The notes: generated by a model from the letters alone, not told the origin. 63,865 nt of DNA, filler included, from Hausera hauseri (GCA_046269625.1; 11 parts of 11 records of this genome joined end to end with filler, not necessarily neighbours in it); one strand, 5' to 3'; positions 49,397-63,005 are shown, counted from the first letter of the whole stretch. Numbers and translations are program-made.

Positions 49397-52020
49397 TTAC
49401 CGATTTACATCCAGAAAGTCATTCAGCTCATCTGGTACCACGAGATCGACTGCCATCAGGTATCCGACTGAGCCTGCCATGTCTTCTCGTGGTAGGTTGA
49501 CAATTATGTCGTCCAGATCTTGTCTGTCGACTACCCATTCAAATGAAACGTACGGCAAGTGTTGCGAAATCGCCCAGCCGTACAAGTTATTAATATCAAT
49601 ATACAGCAGCGATGTGGTATCGGTAGCACTGACCTGATGCTTGTTGACAAATGTCATGTCGCCGCGAATACCCAAATCAAAGGGTCGGTACATTTCTGGA
49701 TCTTGCAGCAGCTCAGTGTCTCGATCCAGTGAAATTAGAGCTGACGCCAAACTCATTGACGGTATTGAATAAAAGTTGAGTGGCTCCAACCTATCTTCCA
49801 CTAGTGCTTTGGTTTGAAATGCTTGAAAAACGTTGGCTAATAAGTACACATCCAGTTTAAGATACTGGAGTATAATTCAACATGTTTCTACAGACCGGTT
49901 CTGTCCAAGATTCTTGTCCTCTCCGATATTCATCTTCTGCGGTACCTGAGCATCGCGGCGGTAATTTCTCTGCTGTCCGGAGTCGCTCATATGATGTTGC
50001 AAAATCATATGGAAATATGCCTTTGCTGCGTGCAATATGTGCAGGGAACTGAGTCAGTGCTATCGGTACACCTGGCAAGGCATTTACCAGCTTTGCCAAT
50101 GATTCATTGAGAAATTGCAATGAATCAAGGAAGCGTATCTGGAATTGGTTTACGCGTGCCGACAGCGGTAGGTTGGGATTATGGACAGTTTCCAGTGCGG
50201 AAAGCCGATAATAGCCCATTGGAGAATATGATGAAAGTCAACCCCGGAAATTATAAAAGAACATCGGCATGAATTGCACGCTGCTCCAAAGTATCGACCG
50301 GTGAAATGGTCGTGATCCGGTACGAGCCGTTCCTGTGCATCAAACGGTATTATTTTGTTGCACAGATAGCATTCATGGGTGACAGCGAAAAGCAACGGTT
50401 GATATTCGTCTGCCCAAATCAATGGCTTATTGCAATTGCTGCGATATCACGGCGCGATTTCCGTTTCCACTATGATTTCCAACTACTGCAGGAAATCACA
50501 TACACAGTTCCAACCATGGAAAACGTAACACTACGGTTTTTTGGCAGCTTTTATTGGTACTAGCAACGTACCGACGGCAATTGGAACGTGCTTTTGATCG
50601 TATACATTGTGCCGAGGTAGAATTGCTTCGATATCGGCATACACCACATATTCCGGACTGTCTATTTTAGACCAATCACTAAATCTGAGCTCCTTTTTGA
50701 CGGGCATGACGTACATTTTTGTCTTTGATGCGTTTTGCCTGCATAGCGTGACAACTTTCTCGCACGTTGTTTCCTATCTGAATCTATGCAGACATACAGG
50801 ACACCATTTGCATTGTATTCGCTTTTTGATGAATTGGTCATGCTCCATGTTCAACAGTCTATCCAGATTTGTCACTGCAACGTAATGAAAATTTTCGGCC
50901 TGCTCCAACAGCAACAAATTTACCGAGCGTCCATTCGGGATCCGATTGCGATAAATTATGTCCACATGAGGGTTCTTATAAATTTCTTCGTCTTCCGATA
51001 TTCCAACTGCTGTGTTGTACCGGGAAACGTTGATTGACAGCGTCAGATTAAGCCGTTCAAAAGCCGGAATGGTTTTCAGTTTCATCGGCATCCAGCATTC
51101 ATGAAATTGCAATTCGGAAAAATACTGCCGATACTGATTTGGACGATTTGCATGATATCTGTTCACTTCGTTGTACTTCAATACAGCCAGAATGCTGTAC
51201 AGAAAAAAGTATGCGCCGTCAGTATTTTGTCCATTCACTACCTCCAGGACTGCTTTAGAGATGCAGGTATGGGTATGAATTACCGTCCAGACAAATATAC
51301 TGTGTCACTCGACTTTATTATGATAAAGCCGAGTGTGACAATTTGTATAATTCTCCATCCACTACCCTTTTCGGTATAGTTGGCGATTTTCTCATCCAAC
51401 TTTTCGCCTACATCGGCAATAAAATTTTTGGAATACAGTACGGCTCGATGTGACTGATACCATTGTTTCCTGTCACCTTCAACATTTTCAAATTCTGCAA
51501 GTGCATAATATTTTACTTTGCAATTGTTGAGTTTGAATTTCTCCACCTCTAATTACAACCGGCTGCGCACACTGGACGGAACATGCCTCAGCTGTAGTTT
51601 TGTTGTTCCCAATATGTTTACTTTCACGTCCACGAACGATTTGTTTAGATCGTACTTTACAGTAATGGAAGGTTCCTGCTGTTGTATTTGCTCCTGTTGC
51701 TGCTTCTGTTCGGTACTGTTTCGGATGTATACGTCAAGACTTGTGGATGCTTGACGTTTCCTGCTTGTTGAGGGGATACTGGTTTTTCTTGTCGCCATCA
51801 CTATTTGCTTTTTGGACTGTTGAAACTTGTTCAAGTGGTCCTTGTGAGTGTTGTAGAATTGTTCGTAGTTGATTTCATCAACTATAGAACAATTTGGACA
51901 AACGTAGACCCGTTTACCGTACGCGGTTCTGGCGCCATAGTACTGCTCCATTACACTGGCAGCCATCAACGTCATGCACTCTACTACTACAGTATCGCGG
52001 GTATGTGAGTCAATGCACAA
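49397..52020 (-). mobile_element. Second Polinton/adintovirus-type pPolB, fragmented, C-terminus missing
   Basis: GSGWRI, FFLYSILA, HYVAVTNLDRLL, YVVYADIEAIL, DHDHFTGRYFGAACNSC, FLDSLQFL, KGIFPYDF, YIDINNLYGWAISQHLP. Confidence 0.92.
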
Positions 52021-53471
52021 CCATCATTTTTGCACGCGTAAACGGACCAAGATGATGCTTGTGATTCGCATAAAAGTTGGGGTATGGACAAGGGGCCGAA
52101 ATACTACCGCACTTTGGGCACAAATATGAGTCCGTGCCAACGGAGTAATATTTAGCCGTCTGCTGATGGCACTGCTGCTGCTCCACATGTATGCACGAGA
52201 CAATACATGGGTTAATTAGTACACTTCTGAATGGAAAGCNNNNNNNNNNNNNNNNNNNNNNNNNNNNNNNNNNNNNNNNNNNNTTAATTAATTAANNNNN
52301 NNNNNNNNNNNNNNNNNNNNNNNNNNNNNNNNNNNNNNNCATGAACGATCATTCAAGGAGCACAGATAAAAATGAACAACGAGCTGCGCAAGAATTTTGA
52401 TATTTGACTTTAAATACAATCCTAAACCATATAGTTATAAGTGCCGAACCAAATGTGAAAAATAATTTCAATTTCCTGCTTACAAATAAAACTGTTTTAA
52501 AATGCTGCAGTTGGCTGATGGAAAATGGACCCTGGTTAATATCACTGTTTTCTTAGATTGGTGATTTTGATAATTTTGACTGCGATACATTGTCCGTGAT
52601 TGATTTGATCTTGTGGTAAGATAATTTGAGCATTATCAAATTAATTGTGATTTTGTAATGATTAAAATTTTTATCACTTTGATTTGATTGCTATGGAAAT
52701 TGAGTGTCATTAGTTTTGACAAATTTGAAAATGTCCGGACTTATTTTTCTTTCGTTTTTACATGGATCCAAATGAATCAGCTTTGTTAGAATGTCCGATT
52801 CTAGAATGTTTTATACTCATTGTAGCAGGGATTTTTTCGAGTCGGGAAAACGAACCACGGAAAGCAACACAACCGAGTCGAAGCTGCCGCACCCAATTAT
52901 GTCCGGCCGAATTAGGCCAAAGTGCCTGAACGCACGAAATGCATCTTAGTCGATATTAACCGTAACGCAATTTGAATAAATTCGGTATAAAACTTCATTA
53001 AACTATGTCGTGAGTTATGAATTAGTGTTAGTGTAATTTTGCTATTTTTAAATTTGATGTGATGGTTCATCCATACAAATATGCAAATTGGATGCTTTTT
53101 TTGGGCATCATTGAATTTTCGATTCTTCACGCATAATTTGGATTTCCAGTAATCAGGGAAATTTGAATCAATTAGGTGAGTTTTATGTTTTGGGGAAAAT
53201 TAATTAGTTGTTGTTAAAGTTTGTCCAGATTAACGAGAACTTTCTAAATCTAATATTTGATTTTCTTTGTTCTTGTAACTGTTGATAATTTGAAAATTTC
53301 CGTGTACTTCAAAAATGTTATTAAATAGTATTTGTTATTTACAATTATTTAATTATTATTTTCGCTGCCCTGGTCCACAACAACGTGTAGTACATCATGC
53401 AGTAATGGTGGTGATTCCCATCAAGGGATTTAACAATGAACAAAAACAAAAAGACATTTAAACAAATGCAA

Positions 53472-53561
53472 TGTGGTGCCCACAGCGGCCGGTGCCATTT
53501 GGTCCATTTGGTCGGGCACGGCCGGGTGTCCGCTGCCGCAGCGTCGGGCCCGATCTTCCGC
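53472..53561 (+). mobile_element. LTR 5' terminus of the contig-1 gypsy family
   Basis: TGTGGTGCCCACAGCGGCCGGTGCC... aligns with 4304-4406. Confidence 0.8.
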
Positions 53562-55559
53562 CTCGAAATTTCACGGTTCCTATCCTACTCAAAACAATTC
53601 CTTATACCAAAACAAAGAATCCAAATCACCCAATTCAGATCTTTTATAATGTGAAACAATCATCAAGAATAACTAAAACAGAGAACAACTCATGCTTCAG
53701 ACAGTCGCTATTTGTTTCAGATTTCCAGCAAAACATTCGACGCAATCATAAACATCTTCACACTAAAGGGAAACCTTCAACTATTTTGAATCCATCTATT
53801 GATCAGACTCAAAACAATTCCTTCTACAGCACCCTCCAAATGTGAAAAACGAATCTGTCAGCATTACTGAATAAGATAAAGACAAATCTCAAAATCGAGA
53901 AGATAAAACTCTTTCGAATACAAAGGATTCCACGGTAGATTTCGTCGATCAACTCACAATTGATTCACCAACTATAAAAACCGGAACATCCAAGTCTCAG
54001 CAAAAGATCGAAGAAAATTCCGATCCCGTGATTGCACCTTTTTCCAGGCAGTAATGTTTGGAATCGTGCTTTCATGCGAATGAAGAATTTAGCAAAACAT
54101 GTTAAAGTTAATGTTTCCATCAATATGAAGTACTTAAGAGATCCGAGTCAGAATTATAAGCTGCAAACAAAAAATTACGGAAATCTCAGATTCAAGCAGG
54201 ACAAAATGTGACGGCTTTTGAGAACATGCTTTATATGTATCAAGAGGAAACTGAAAGGTAAATTAAAGAATTGCGAATGCAGTGGTATGATATCGGAATG
54301 CGTTTGAAGTATGGTGTGAATCTTTTTATTGTTTCGAGTAGAAGTCCGTCTAAGTCTCTTGCCAATGGAACTAATCCGAAACCAAACGAAGAACCTTGTG
54401 AGGATTTCATATCAACCAATTTAAAATGGTCGTGGTTCGAATCAACATTTTCTTGATGGGTATCAATCTCTTTTTGTCAGTTTTCTTAACTTTTCTAATG
54501 ATTATGGTGTTTTTATCGTAAAATGAAGAAAAATATCACTGATGAAATTGAAAAGACAAATCTCATACAACGTTAAAACCATCCATTTACAAGAACTTCA
54601 CACCGCAGCGTTCATCAACAAAAAAATTAACAATCGTGACTTCGGCCGATATATTTAGTCTACAAAACCACCACGCGGTGTGCACATTCCAACATTAGAA
54701 TCAGATTATTTTTCAGACGATAACCGCCGATCATGCCAGTATGAAATTTGCTGAGGCAATTAACATACAATAACGACACACATACACACTAAATGCTTCA
54801 TTTGATCTTTGTAGTTCACCGTGTAAGATTTTGTTTAAATTTTGTAGTGTAAAGAAAAAAAAAATTAAAAAAATACGTTTGAAATTTGAATATTTTCATA
54901 GTTGGCCATTGTGAAATTTGTTTTCATCATTTTAAAAAATTTTGTTCCGAATTTTCGATTTGAATGTAGTTTCGCAATCTCAAAGGATTTGTGGTTTCTT
55001 ACTTTCAATTAAATCAAGAGAATTTGTTGTACTATAAGCATACTGTTGCTGTATTTCGGATATTAAGATAGTAACATGGTTTCGTCTATCGGGGTCCAAA
55101 AGTCATCATTGCAGAACTGTTGCCTTTTATACGAGATGCCTGATGATATTCTACACTATGTACTACCCATGTTTCTGGATTTGCTCAATGAATGTTGTCT
55201 AGAAACCTCATCCTCACATCTGATAATCCGGATCAGTTATCAAGTTACGACTGTTGCACCGGTAACTTTGGAATCCGAGTCAGAACTAGAAGAGATTAAT
55301 GAGGGTAATCCGAATTGGGAGATAATAGTTGAGGAGAAATTGAACGATCAATTATCTAATAATAAGGACCAGCACCGGCACATGATATTGATGCCCATAT
55401 CCTTATTGATGGCGAGTTTTTCACCCCGCCAACTGTGTATCGTGGATTGAAACGCTTTCCAACAGGACGGCGAACAAATGTGAAGAAGCTGTAGGACTGT
55501 TTAATGAAGCATCATCACTAAACAGACTGGTAGACAAATCTGCTACACTCCAGGTTTTA

Positions 55560-55972
55560 TAGCGTTATGCAAATGCCACGCGGTCCTTGATGTTTTTGGC
55601 TGACAGGTGAGGAGTAAATGACGGTTAGTGAGCTCGCAGGCCAAAATCATGCTGGAGACGGTGCAGGATTGTTTTTGGATTAATAAGTTGTGGCAACTGA
55701 GCGGCGATGAATGACGACGATGCAGTTTGACTTTTGACTACCACGTGCTTGATGGCACGATCAGTAGCTGGCATAGTAACTTTTGGTCTTCTTCCTCTTT
55801 TACTAGCCAGAAATGAGCCAGTTGCATGATATAGAGACAGGCATTTCTGTACCACACTTTGAGAGATTCCAAGTTGCTCTGCCAATTGTTGTTGTGTAGG
55901 ACCCTTCTTGACGTAAAGCAACAATCTGGTTAACAATATCAGGAAGAGTATCACAAGCTCTCCCCATGTGTG
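55560..55972 (-). mobile_element. Tc1-like transposase, N-terminal paired HTH part, degenerate
   Basis: QQQLAEQLGISQSVVQK...RGRRPKVT...TDRAI...TILHRL...PHLSAKNIKDRVAFA. Confidence 0.85.
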
Positions 55973-56149
55973 ATATGAAAGAGTGGATTGAAGAATAAAA
56001 ACATGTATTCCCCAACAACCAGTATTTATAATGGCTGCTATGCATTGCAACTGTCCCACTCATCTTCAATCTCATTGGTTCATGCGTCTTCTTAAGCTGA
56101 GTTGCATTCTGCAGTCACGTTGCTTCAGTCTTGGCTAGGTTCTGGGGTC

Positions 56150-56458
56150 ACACGACACACACATCTCTGAGTGATATGGAAGAGAAAATGAAGCAAGTGT
56201 GGCAAACGGAAGTGACTGCCGAGTATTGTGCATCACTGATAAAATCGATTCCAGAACGCCTGGTAGCTGTGATTCGTGCCAGCAGTGGGCCAACAAAATA
56301 TTGAGCATGATTTCTGTGTTAATGAAACTCCTAGGACATGTCTGATGTTACTGTGTGATTTTCATGCATAAAGTTAGTTTGATTTAATAAAAAGTAGATT
56401 TGGTTTGAAAAAAACGTGTTTTTTCATTATTGTTCCAATCTAATTGCCAGCATGGTAT
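56150..56458 (+). mobile_element. Tc1-like transposase C-terminus and 3' flank
   Basis: MEEKMKQVWQTEVTAEYCASLIKSIPERLVAVIRASSGPTKY* matches the Tc1 ending; a possible TIR ends at about 56456 before TA. Confidence 0.8.
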
Positions 56459-56691
56459 ATGACTGTACTTTTTCTCAGTTTGAATTTGAAATTTTGCACA
56501 TTGTAATATACCCAGTTGTAGAGAAATTCAAACAAAGGTAACTATTATATAGTATAATAATTTATAGAATATAACAAGTTGTTTGGATAATTTTTCATTA
56601 GACAAACAACTAACAAAAGTCAACATATAAAATATATATCGACAAAATTGTTATCGATACTTCCGGGTGGCTGAATGATGATATAAATAAT

Positions 56692-57792
56692 ATGCCAATG
56701 ACTTCCAAGTTACAACGAATCGCTAGTAATTCCGAGTTTTCGGAAATAAGTGATGGTAAAGACTGTCAGATTGATCACATGTTTTATTTGGATGAGTTTA
56801 TTGAATCCATTGAGTCTTTTCAACGATTGAATCCAGGAGGACGAGCCAAACTGACGGAATTGGACTGTCGTGCCTTGTGTATGATTGCTAAAACTATGTT
56901 CCTTTGCGAAAACTTACTACTCGAAGTCACTGCGCCGATTAAAATTTGTGGAGATATCCATGGACAAATAAATGACCTAACACGAATATTCGAAATGTGC
57001 GGCCATCCTTCGCAACAGAAATATTTATTTCTCGGCGATTATGTCGACAGAGGGACAGCTTCGTTGGACGTGATTTGTCTACTGTTAGCATACAAAATCA
57101 AATATCCTAGAAATATCTACTTGTTACGAGGAAATCACGAATCCCTTTACGTTAATAGAGTTTACGGATTCCGAAATGAAATCATAGAACGTTTCAATTC
57201 AGCAAAAGTGTGGAAAATTTTTAACTTTGTTTTTGCGACTCTTCCGATTGCCGCAATTATCGAAGGGTGCATATTCTGTTGCCATGGTGGTATATCACCG
57301 GAATTCATGAGTTCCAATTTCGATTTGAGAAAAATGATCAACAGCGTTTCGCGACCTTTGGAAATACCTCCAAACGGTTTTGTTTGCGATTTACTCTGGG
57401 CCGATCCCATTGATAGAACAAGTTCCGAAACTCCCTTTGGATGGATTCCGAATTCTCGAGGCTGTTCTTTTTCTTTTGGTATTGATATTGTTGACGAATT
57501 TCTGGATAAGTTTGGATTTGATTTAATCGTACGAGCTCATCAGGTTGTAGCGGATGGTTATGAGTTCTATGCTCAAGGTAATTTGGTTACAGTATTCTCG
57601 GCATCGAATTACTGTGGAACATTCAATAATGCCGCCGGTGTTTTTAACTTGGATCTTCGTTCAAATGCATCAACTTTCAACGAATTCTTTTTAAGTGGAG
57701 GCTTCCACATTATTCCACCAAATCGTAGTTTGGCAAATACATGGATTCACAAAAACAAGAAAAAGGAAGTAAAAAAGTCGCATTCCAAATAA
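56692..57792 (+). CDS. PPP1C: Intronless, divergent PP1-like Ser/Thr protein phosphatase catalytic subunit
   Basis: Intact 366-aa ORF with GDIHG, GDYVDRG, LLRGNHE, HGGISP, DLLWADP, RAHQVVADGYEF and FSASNYCG. Confidence 0.92.
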   Translation: MPMTSKLQRIASNSEFSEISDGKDCQIDHMFYLDEFIESIESFQRLNPGGRAKLTELDCRALCMIAKTMFLCENLLLEVTAPIKICGDIHGQINDLTRIFEMCGHPSQQKYLFLGDYVDRGTASLDVICLLLAYKIKYPRNIYLLRGNHESLYVNRVYGFRNEIIERFNSAKVWKIFNFVFATLPIAAIIEGCIFCCHGGISPEFMSSNFDLRKMINSVSRPLEIPPNGFVCDLLWADPIDRTSSETPFGWIPNSRGCSFSFGIDIVDEFLDKFGFDLIVRAHQVVADGYEFYAQGNLVTVFSASNYCGTFNNAAGVFNLDLRSNASTFNEFFLSGGFHIIPPNRSLANTWIHKNKKKEVKKSHSK

Positions 57793-58549
57793 ATCTTAAA
57801 TTTTACATCATACATATTATGCGATATTTTCTTTTCTTTTTCAAATTCAAATTAATCCGTTTTCATTGATGTTAATTAACATTTGTTATGGGTATTGATA
57901 TTTATGTGTATAAACATGTAAAAAATCACAAAGAAGACAACCCACATAGAAATCAAGGTGGGAAAGTGGCTTCTGCTCGTCCGTTTATTTCGATTAATTG
58001 TCGAACTATGTTAATGTTAAATCCTACTGTGTTTTATATTTCTTTGTTTCTTATAAATTATTTTAATTTTTTGACACGTTTTTTATTAATTTGCTGCCTC
58101 TGTCCTTATTTCCACAAATTTTTTCACTCAGTTTCCATCTACTTCCCAATATTCAATCGGGGTAATGTATTCCAAACTCGACATCTTCTCACATGGCAAT
58201 AGGATGGTTTACAGTTTCATTCCGGGACAGATAAACAGATATTGGTTCAATCGATGGCGAGGCAAAAGGCTCTGAGACACACCTGTCAGTTACACATACG
58301 AACATATGCAAAAGCATAAGCGTATGATGTTTTGAATGTAATAACTTGGAAAACATCACAACAGATCGGTCAGCATCGAACTTCTACACCCTTTCGATAA
58401 TAAGTTGTACGACGCAAACGATGCTGGTCATAATTTCATGAAGCCAACGCTTTTGTTTGTGCTTTTAACCTTGAGCTTTACATTAAAACTGACATGTAAA
58501 TGTTTATTTCTTAATTGTAAAACTGTTTGACCGGAATTTGTTTGTGACT

Positions 58550-58790
58550 ATACTCTGTCATGTCTATCTCAGGTCTGGCATTTGCTGATTTATTCAGTCT
58601 TTTAACTACTTTTTGGACTTCCATCTGTATGAATCCAGGCATGGAATCGGCTGATATTAATTTTATCGCTATGGAAGTTACATTTCTTACAGGTGGACAG
58701 CCACAAGCGACATTTAGCTGCATATCGGCCTTGATAACTGCCATCATTACTGTGGAGAGATGTCTCTGTATTTCATTGCCACTGAAGGTT
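58550..58790 (+). pseudogene. Class A GPCR fragment (TM2-TM3), similar to gastropod chemosensory-type receptors
   Basis: GLAFADLFSLLT...CMNP...FLTGGQPQATFSCISALITAIITVERCLCISLPLKV, with an LAxAD motif and a DRY-equivalent ERC. Confidence 0.75.
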
Positions 58791-59619
58791 TGTCTTTATT
58801 ACGAACTAGAACAGGTGCTTTGTGTTTTAGTTTTCATCTTCACTTAGCTTTGGGACAATAATTATCGCTCTTTGCCCCGAGTCAATGTCTTTGACTAATG
58901 CTAGGATTTGGATTTCCTATTGGGTTTCAGGAATACCGACAGTACGATTGTAACCAGAATCGCCACCCAAAATGTAAAGCATGAACATAGTTAGCAACTC
59001 CGTAATGTTAAAATCCAGAATTATTGAACATTTAAGCAAATTTACCACCGCGTTGTCAATATCCAATTGAGAATAAACGACGAGGAAATGATCACATGAT
59101 CAAATTTCGAAGGTAGGTATTATTCTCACTTAATCTCACGTGTTGACTGAAATAAACTCGAAATCCATGTATGCAAAATACAAATGTCAATTAAAGTAAA
59201 GGAACCCCATTCATGCTTCAAGACGTATAAGGGAACGTTGAGTTANNNNNNNNNNNNNNNNNNNNNNNNNNNNNNNNNNNNNNNNNNNNTTAATTAATTA
59301 ANNNNNNNNNNNNNNNNNNNNNNNNNNNNNNNNNNNNNNNNNNNNGAGAAAAAGGGCAATAATGATTTTGCCTGTCTTTGTGTTAGTGTTTATTAGCAAA
59401 ACATTTAATTCACCAACAATCATCGGATGTACATTGAGATCTCACCAACTGACCTTAAAAAAATCACACAGTTATAATTCAGTTAGTTTTACAGATATTG
59501 ACCTTAAAATTTACCGTGGCAGTAGCTGAAAGTCCTTCTGAGAGACTTTCCAAAAAAAAAAAAAAATCTTATCGCCTCACTCCCACATGTTGAAGGTCAT
59601 CTGCTACTCTTCCTGTCAG

Positions 59620-59827
59620 ATGATTGGCGTCTGTACTGTGTGCGTGGGGAGCATGAGGTGGAGGGCCACCTGCTGGAGGTAGTGTGTCACTGCAGCAGCC
59701 TGCGCTCCAGAGTCTCCATGGTGCTGCTCGGCGTCAGCCAGGCTCGGATCTATCTGTGGCACGGCTGTAAATCCCAAACACAGACGCGCGAGGTGGCACG
59801 CACCGCTGCCAACAAACTCAAAGAACA
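59620..59827 (+). CDS. SVIL: Supervillin internal exon (vertebrate/teleost)
   Basis: AG/GT-bounded 208-nt exon encoding [36 protein letters not shown]...[10 protein letters not shown]...TAANKLKEQ. Confidence 0.88.
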
Positions 59828-61322
59828 GTAAGGGAAAATGTCATCGCTGCGAACAGGGCGTGTTGTGTAAGAGATTTTAATTTTTTTTTTCGACGCAAAA
59901 AAAAAAAAAGAAAATCCATGTTATGGGGGATATCTAACATCGCAAGTTGTATCTGAATAACAGAGTATTATAGAAAACACCGTTTAAACAATGTTTGATG
60001 CACTGGTTAAAATATTATTTAAATATTTTTTAAAGAACATTATAACAACAGTGCTCGGAAAATAATCTCAACAACAATCGGTTAATAATAATTTTGAAGC
60101 AGAAGTATTTTTTTTTTATGGTTCTAACAAACTATTTATTACAATCACAAGTAAATATTAATTGCCGCTGGCTAATGCAGCTGGTTAACGCTCAGCCTAG
60201 ATAGCAGATGATGTATAAATAGGATGCAATTACTGCGTCTGCTTGAACATATATAAATTAACGTTTCTGGGTTGAGCGCTGAGGCATTAGGTAATTCAAA
60301 GCATCCTGCCGTTCATAAACAAACAGATGCTGATCTAACTGGCAGCGATTCAGATTTACATTTGTTCGCGTTTTTGAACGTAGGAGGTCTCTTTCTCGGG
60401 TTGTGTGAAAAGCGGGTCTAGACATGTCTCCTGCATGTAAGCCTCCACTTGCAGGGGGTTTGAGGCTGAGCTCGCCTCTCGATCTGCCAATGAGAATGGT
60501 CTGACTTCCCGGGATTCTTCAAGGCGGATTCAGTTATGCCATTTCCAGGTAGTCATGCACGTGTTAGAGCGAACCCAGAATGGGACGTTGCTAAGTATGG
60601 TCTCCTAGCGGGGCCCTCTATTGGCATCTTCCCGTGTCTCGAACACGTACGTCTACCGCGATAACGGAATGACAGTTACTAATCCAGAGTGTATACTCGG
60701 ATGAAGATTATGTGTTCTTGTCGGAGCCTTCCAAGCATGGGTCAAATTCTTCACAAGAACAATTCTTGGAAGGGGGTTCTCTGTACTGGGTTTTGCCCGT
60801 GTCTCCAACAAGCGCGCATCTCTGCGTAGGAATGAAATCTACCTTGAAGATGAATCATGGCGTTCGGCGTTAATCTCAGATCGACACCGCTGCCTGTGAT
60901 TGACAAAACTGCTTTGAAATGGGAGGGTTTGCGGGAATAAAATTTACTGAATCTACTGACACGAATAACATTTGTTTGAAGAATATTTATAATTCCTTTA
61001 TCACTGTCCCTGTTACACACTGACATGTCTGTTGTAGAGCTGGTTGCATTGATATTTACATGTGAATGTACTAGCTTTATAATTAATTGCCAGTTTTGTT
61101 TCACCTGTGGTCCTGTCATACATTCTACATTTTAGGAGATACAAGCAGCAGACGACACATTATTCAATTCAGCTGGCTTAGTTATTTCACAAACCCCAGT
61201 TTTTCCCTATCAGAGAATGTGTTTAAAATAATTACAACTTTCAAAAATACAACAGTTTTTTTTAATTCTTCTTAATTATAACTGTAAGGGAGGCAACAGT
61301 TTTAGCTTGCCAGTTAGTACGT

Positions 61323-61510
61323 AGTTTATATTATCTGGCTTTCATTGTAATCAAATCATTAGTTTCTGGTTTATGTATCTGGCTTTCATTGTAATCAAAT
61401 CATTAGTTTCTGGTTTATATATCTGGCTTTCATTGTACGTAAAAGATTAGTTTTTTTGTTTATGTGTCTGGTTTTCATTACAGTTAAATGTATTAGTTTC
61501 TGATTTATAA
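61323..61510. repeat. ~45-bp tandem repeat (about 4 copies)
   Basis: TATCTGGCTTTCATTGTAATCAAATCATTAGTTTCTGGTTTAT repeated. Confidence 0.9.
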
Positions 61511-62879
61511 ATGAGGCTTTAATGAAGACATTGTTTTGTGTATATATGCATTATATTAATTCACCGTTTCTTATGACATTAACATTTTTGTTGTAAGATT
61601 TGCAGTCAGTATTGAAACTACTTCACATAATTCCTTACTGACAGTTTTATTAATAGTGTCTCACTCCCATAACCAGACATGCATGCCATTCCATTTTTTG
61701 CAAAAAGGTCCCGCTTTTTCATTTTTAAAACGTATAAATATGCATTGAGCCCCATCCATTCCACATTTTAACCTTTTAACACCCACTGTTTTAAAAATAA
61801 AACTTATGCATTTTCATGTTTTAACTTCAGTAAAAATTCGAAACTGTCGAAACCGGAAGTGTCAGACTGATCGATATCACACAGTAAAGCGCGCGTGAGC
61901 CACGGTGTTTTGAGAAGAAAGCCGATCTCAGTCCTAACAACTTTGCTAATTCTCAACCAAAAAAAAAAAACCAATACAGACTTTATAAAGAAATTTTCTG
62001 ATGAATTTCCATTTACGTTGTTTGATCTCAACATCACTTAGCATCAGCCCTTCTGCATGAGCCCAGAAAAGGGTTGTTGAAGTCCTAAGAAGTACTATGG
62101 AGCTGAGCTGTCCTGCTGTCCTGGTGGTGTCTAGGAGGTGGACCAAGGTCCTCCAGGCTTCAGTGCTTGGCCTCCTAGATGTGATTCACCTCTCAACTGG
62201 GAACCATTTTGAGCCCCCGCCAGTTAGCTGGCTGGTTTCACTACCATTCCATGGGACAATGACGTGGGCAGAGGATCTTGGCTGACTATAGTTCGTCAGC
62301 CCTGGCACTGTGTATTAGGGTCGGTTATGGGTCGCAGCGCAAATGAATTCAAGTTATGCAACATAGTCCGCCGTGTTTGTACAAATTTCGGTTATGGGTT
62401 GCGGCATTGGCATTATAAAAGCATAAACAATGATTGTATATCTAATAGCTGAATGAAGTTTGCCACTTACGTCATTATGTACATCTACAAAAGCTTGTAA
62501 GTTGCATGTTCAAAGATACTTTGTGGCTAAGCAGTTTCATTGTGATCAATCCAAAGGAACAGTCCTTGTTAATGAAACAGTAGTTAAATCTGCAATATCT
62601 CTAGATTCAGGAATGGAATTATGTCACATTCCCCTATCTACCATTAGGCCTGAATGGACATTGCTGCTGTTACCATAGCAACATGACGGCAGCAGTGATT
62701 TAGGTAGCTGCTGGCTGTTTTCTGTTGTCATTAGGATTGTCAAGCTGGAGTCAAACTTTGTCACTTTCAAATCTGCTTTGTAAAAATTCTGCAATAGGAG
62801 AGGATATTTTTCAGTTATTGGATGCTGAACTTTGTGCATATAATCTCTTGGGCAAAGTGCATTTCTTTTGGAGCTAGGA

Positions 62880-63005
62880 GCGGGTGTTCAGTGAAGTCAT
62901 TAATTACCTCATTCATGACAATTCCTCTTTCATCTGCTCATAGTGAGAGAATATTTTCTCTGGTGTGTAAGAACAAGACAGATTTTAGAAGCCAACTTAT
63001 AATGT
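62880..63005 (+). mobile_element. hAT transposase C-terminal dimerisation fragment
   Basis: MTIPLSSAHSERIFSLVCKNKTDFRSQL fits the P.SSA..ER.FS consensus. Confidence 0.75.

Noticed and set aside
54180-54320. Hook-like C-terminus (QWYDIGMRL)
   Set aside because: A single short motif is not enough without a search.
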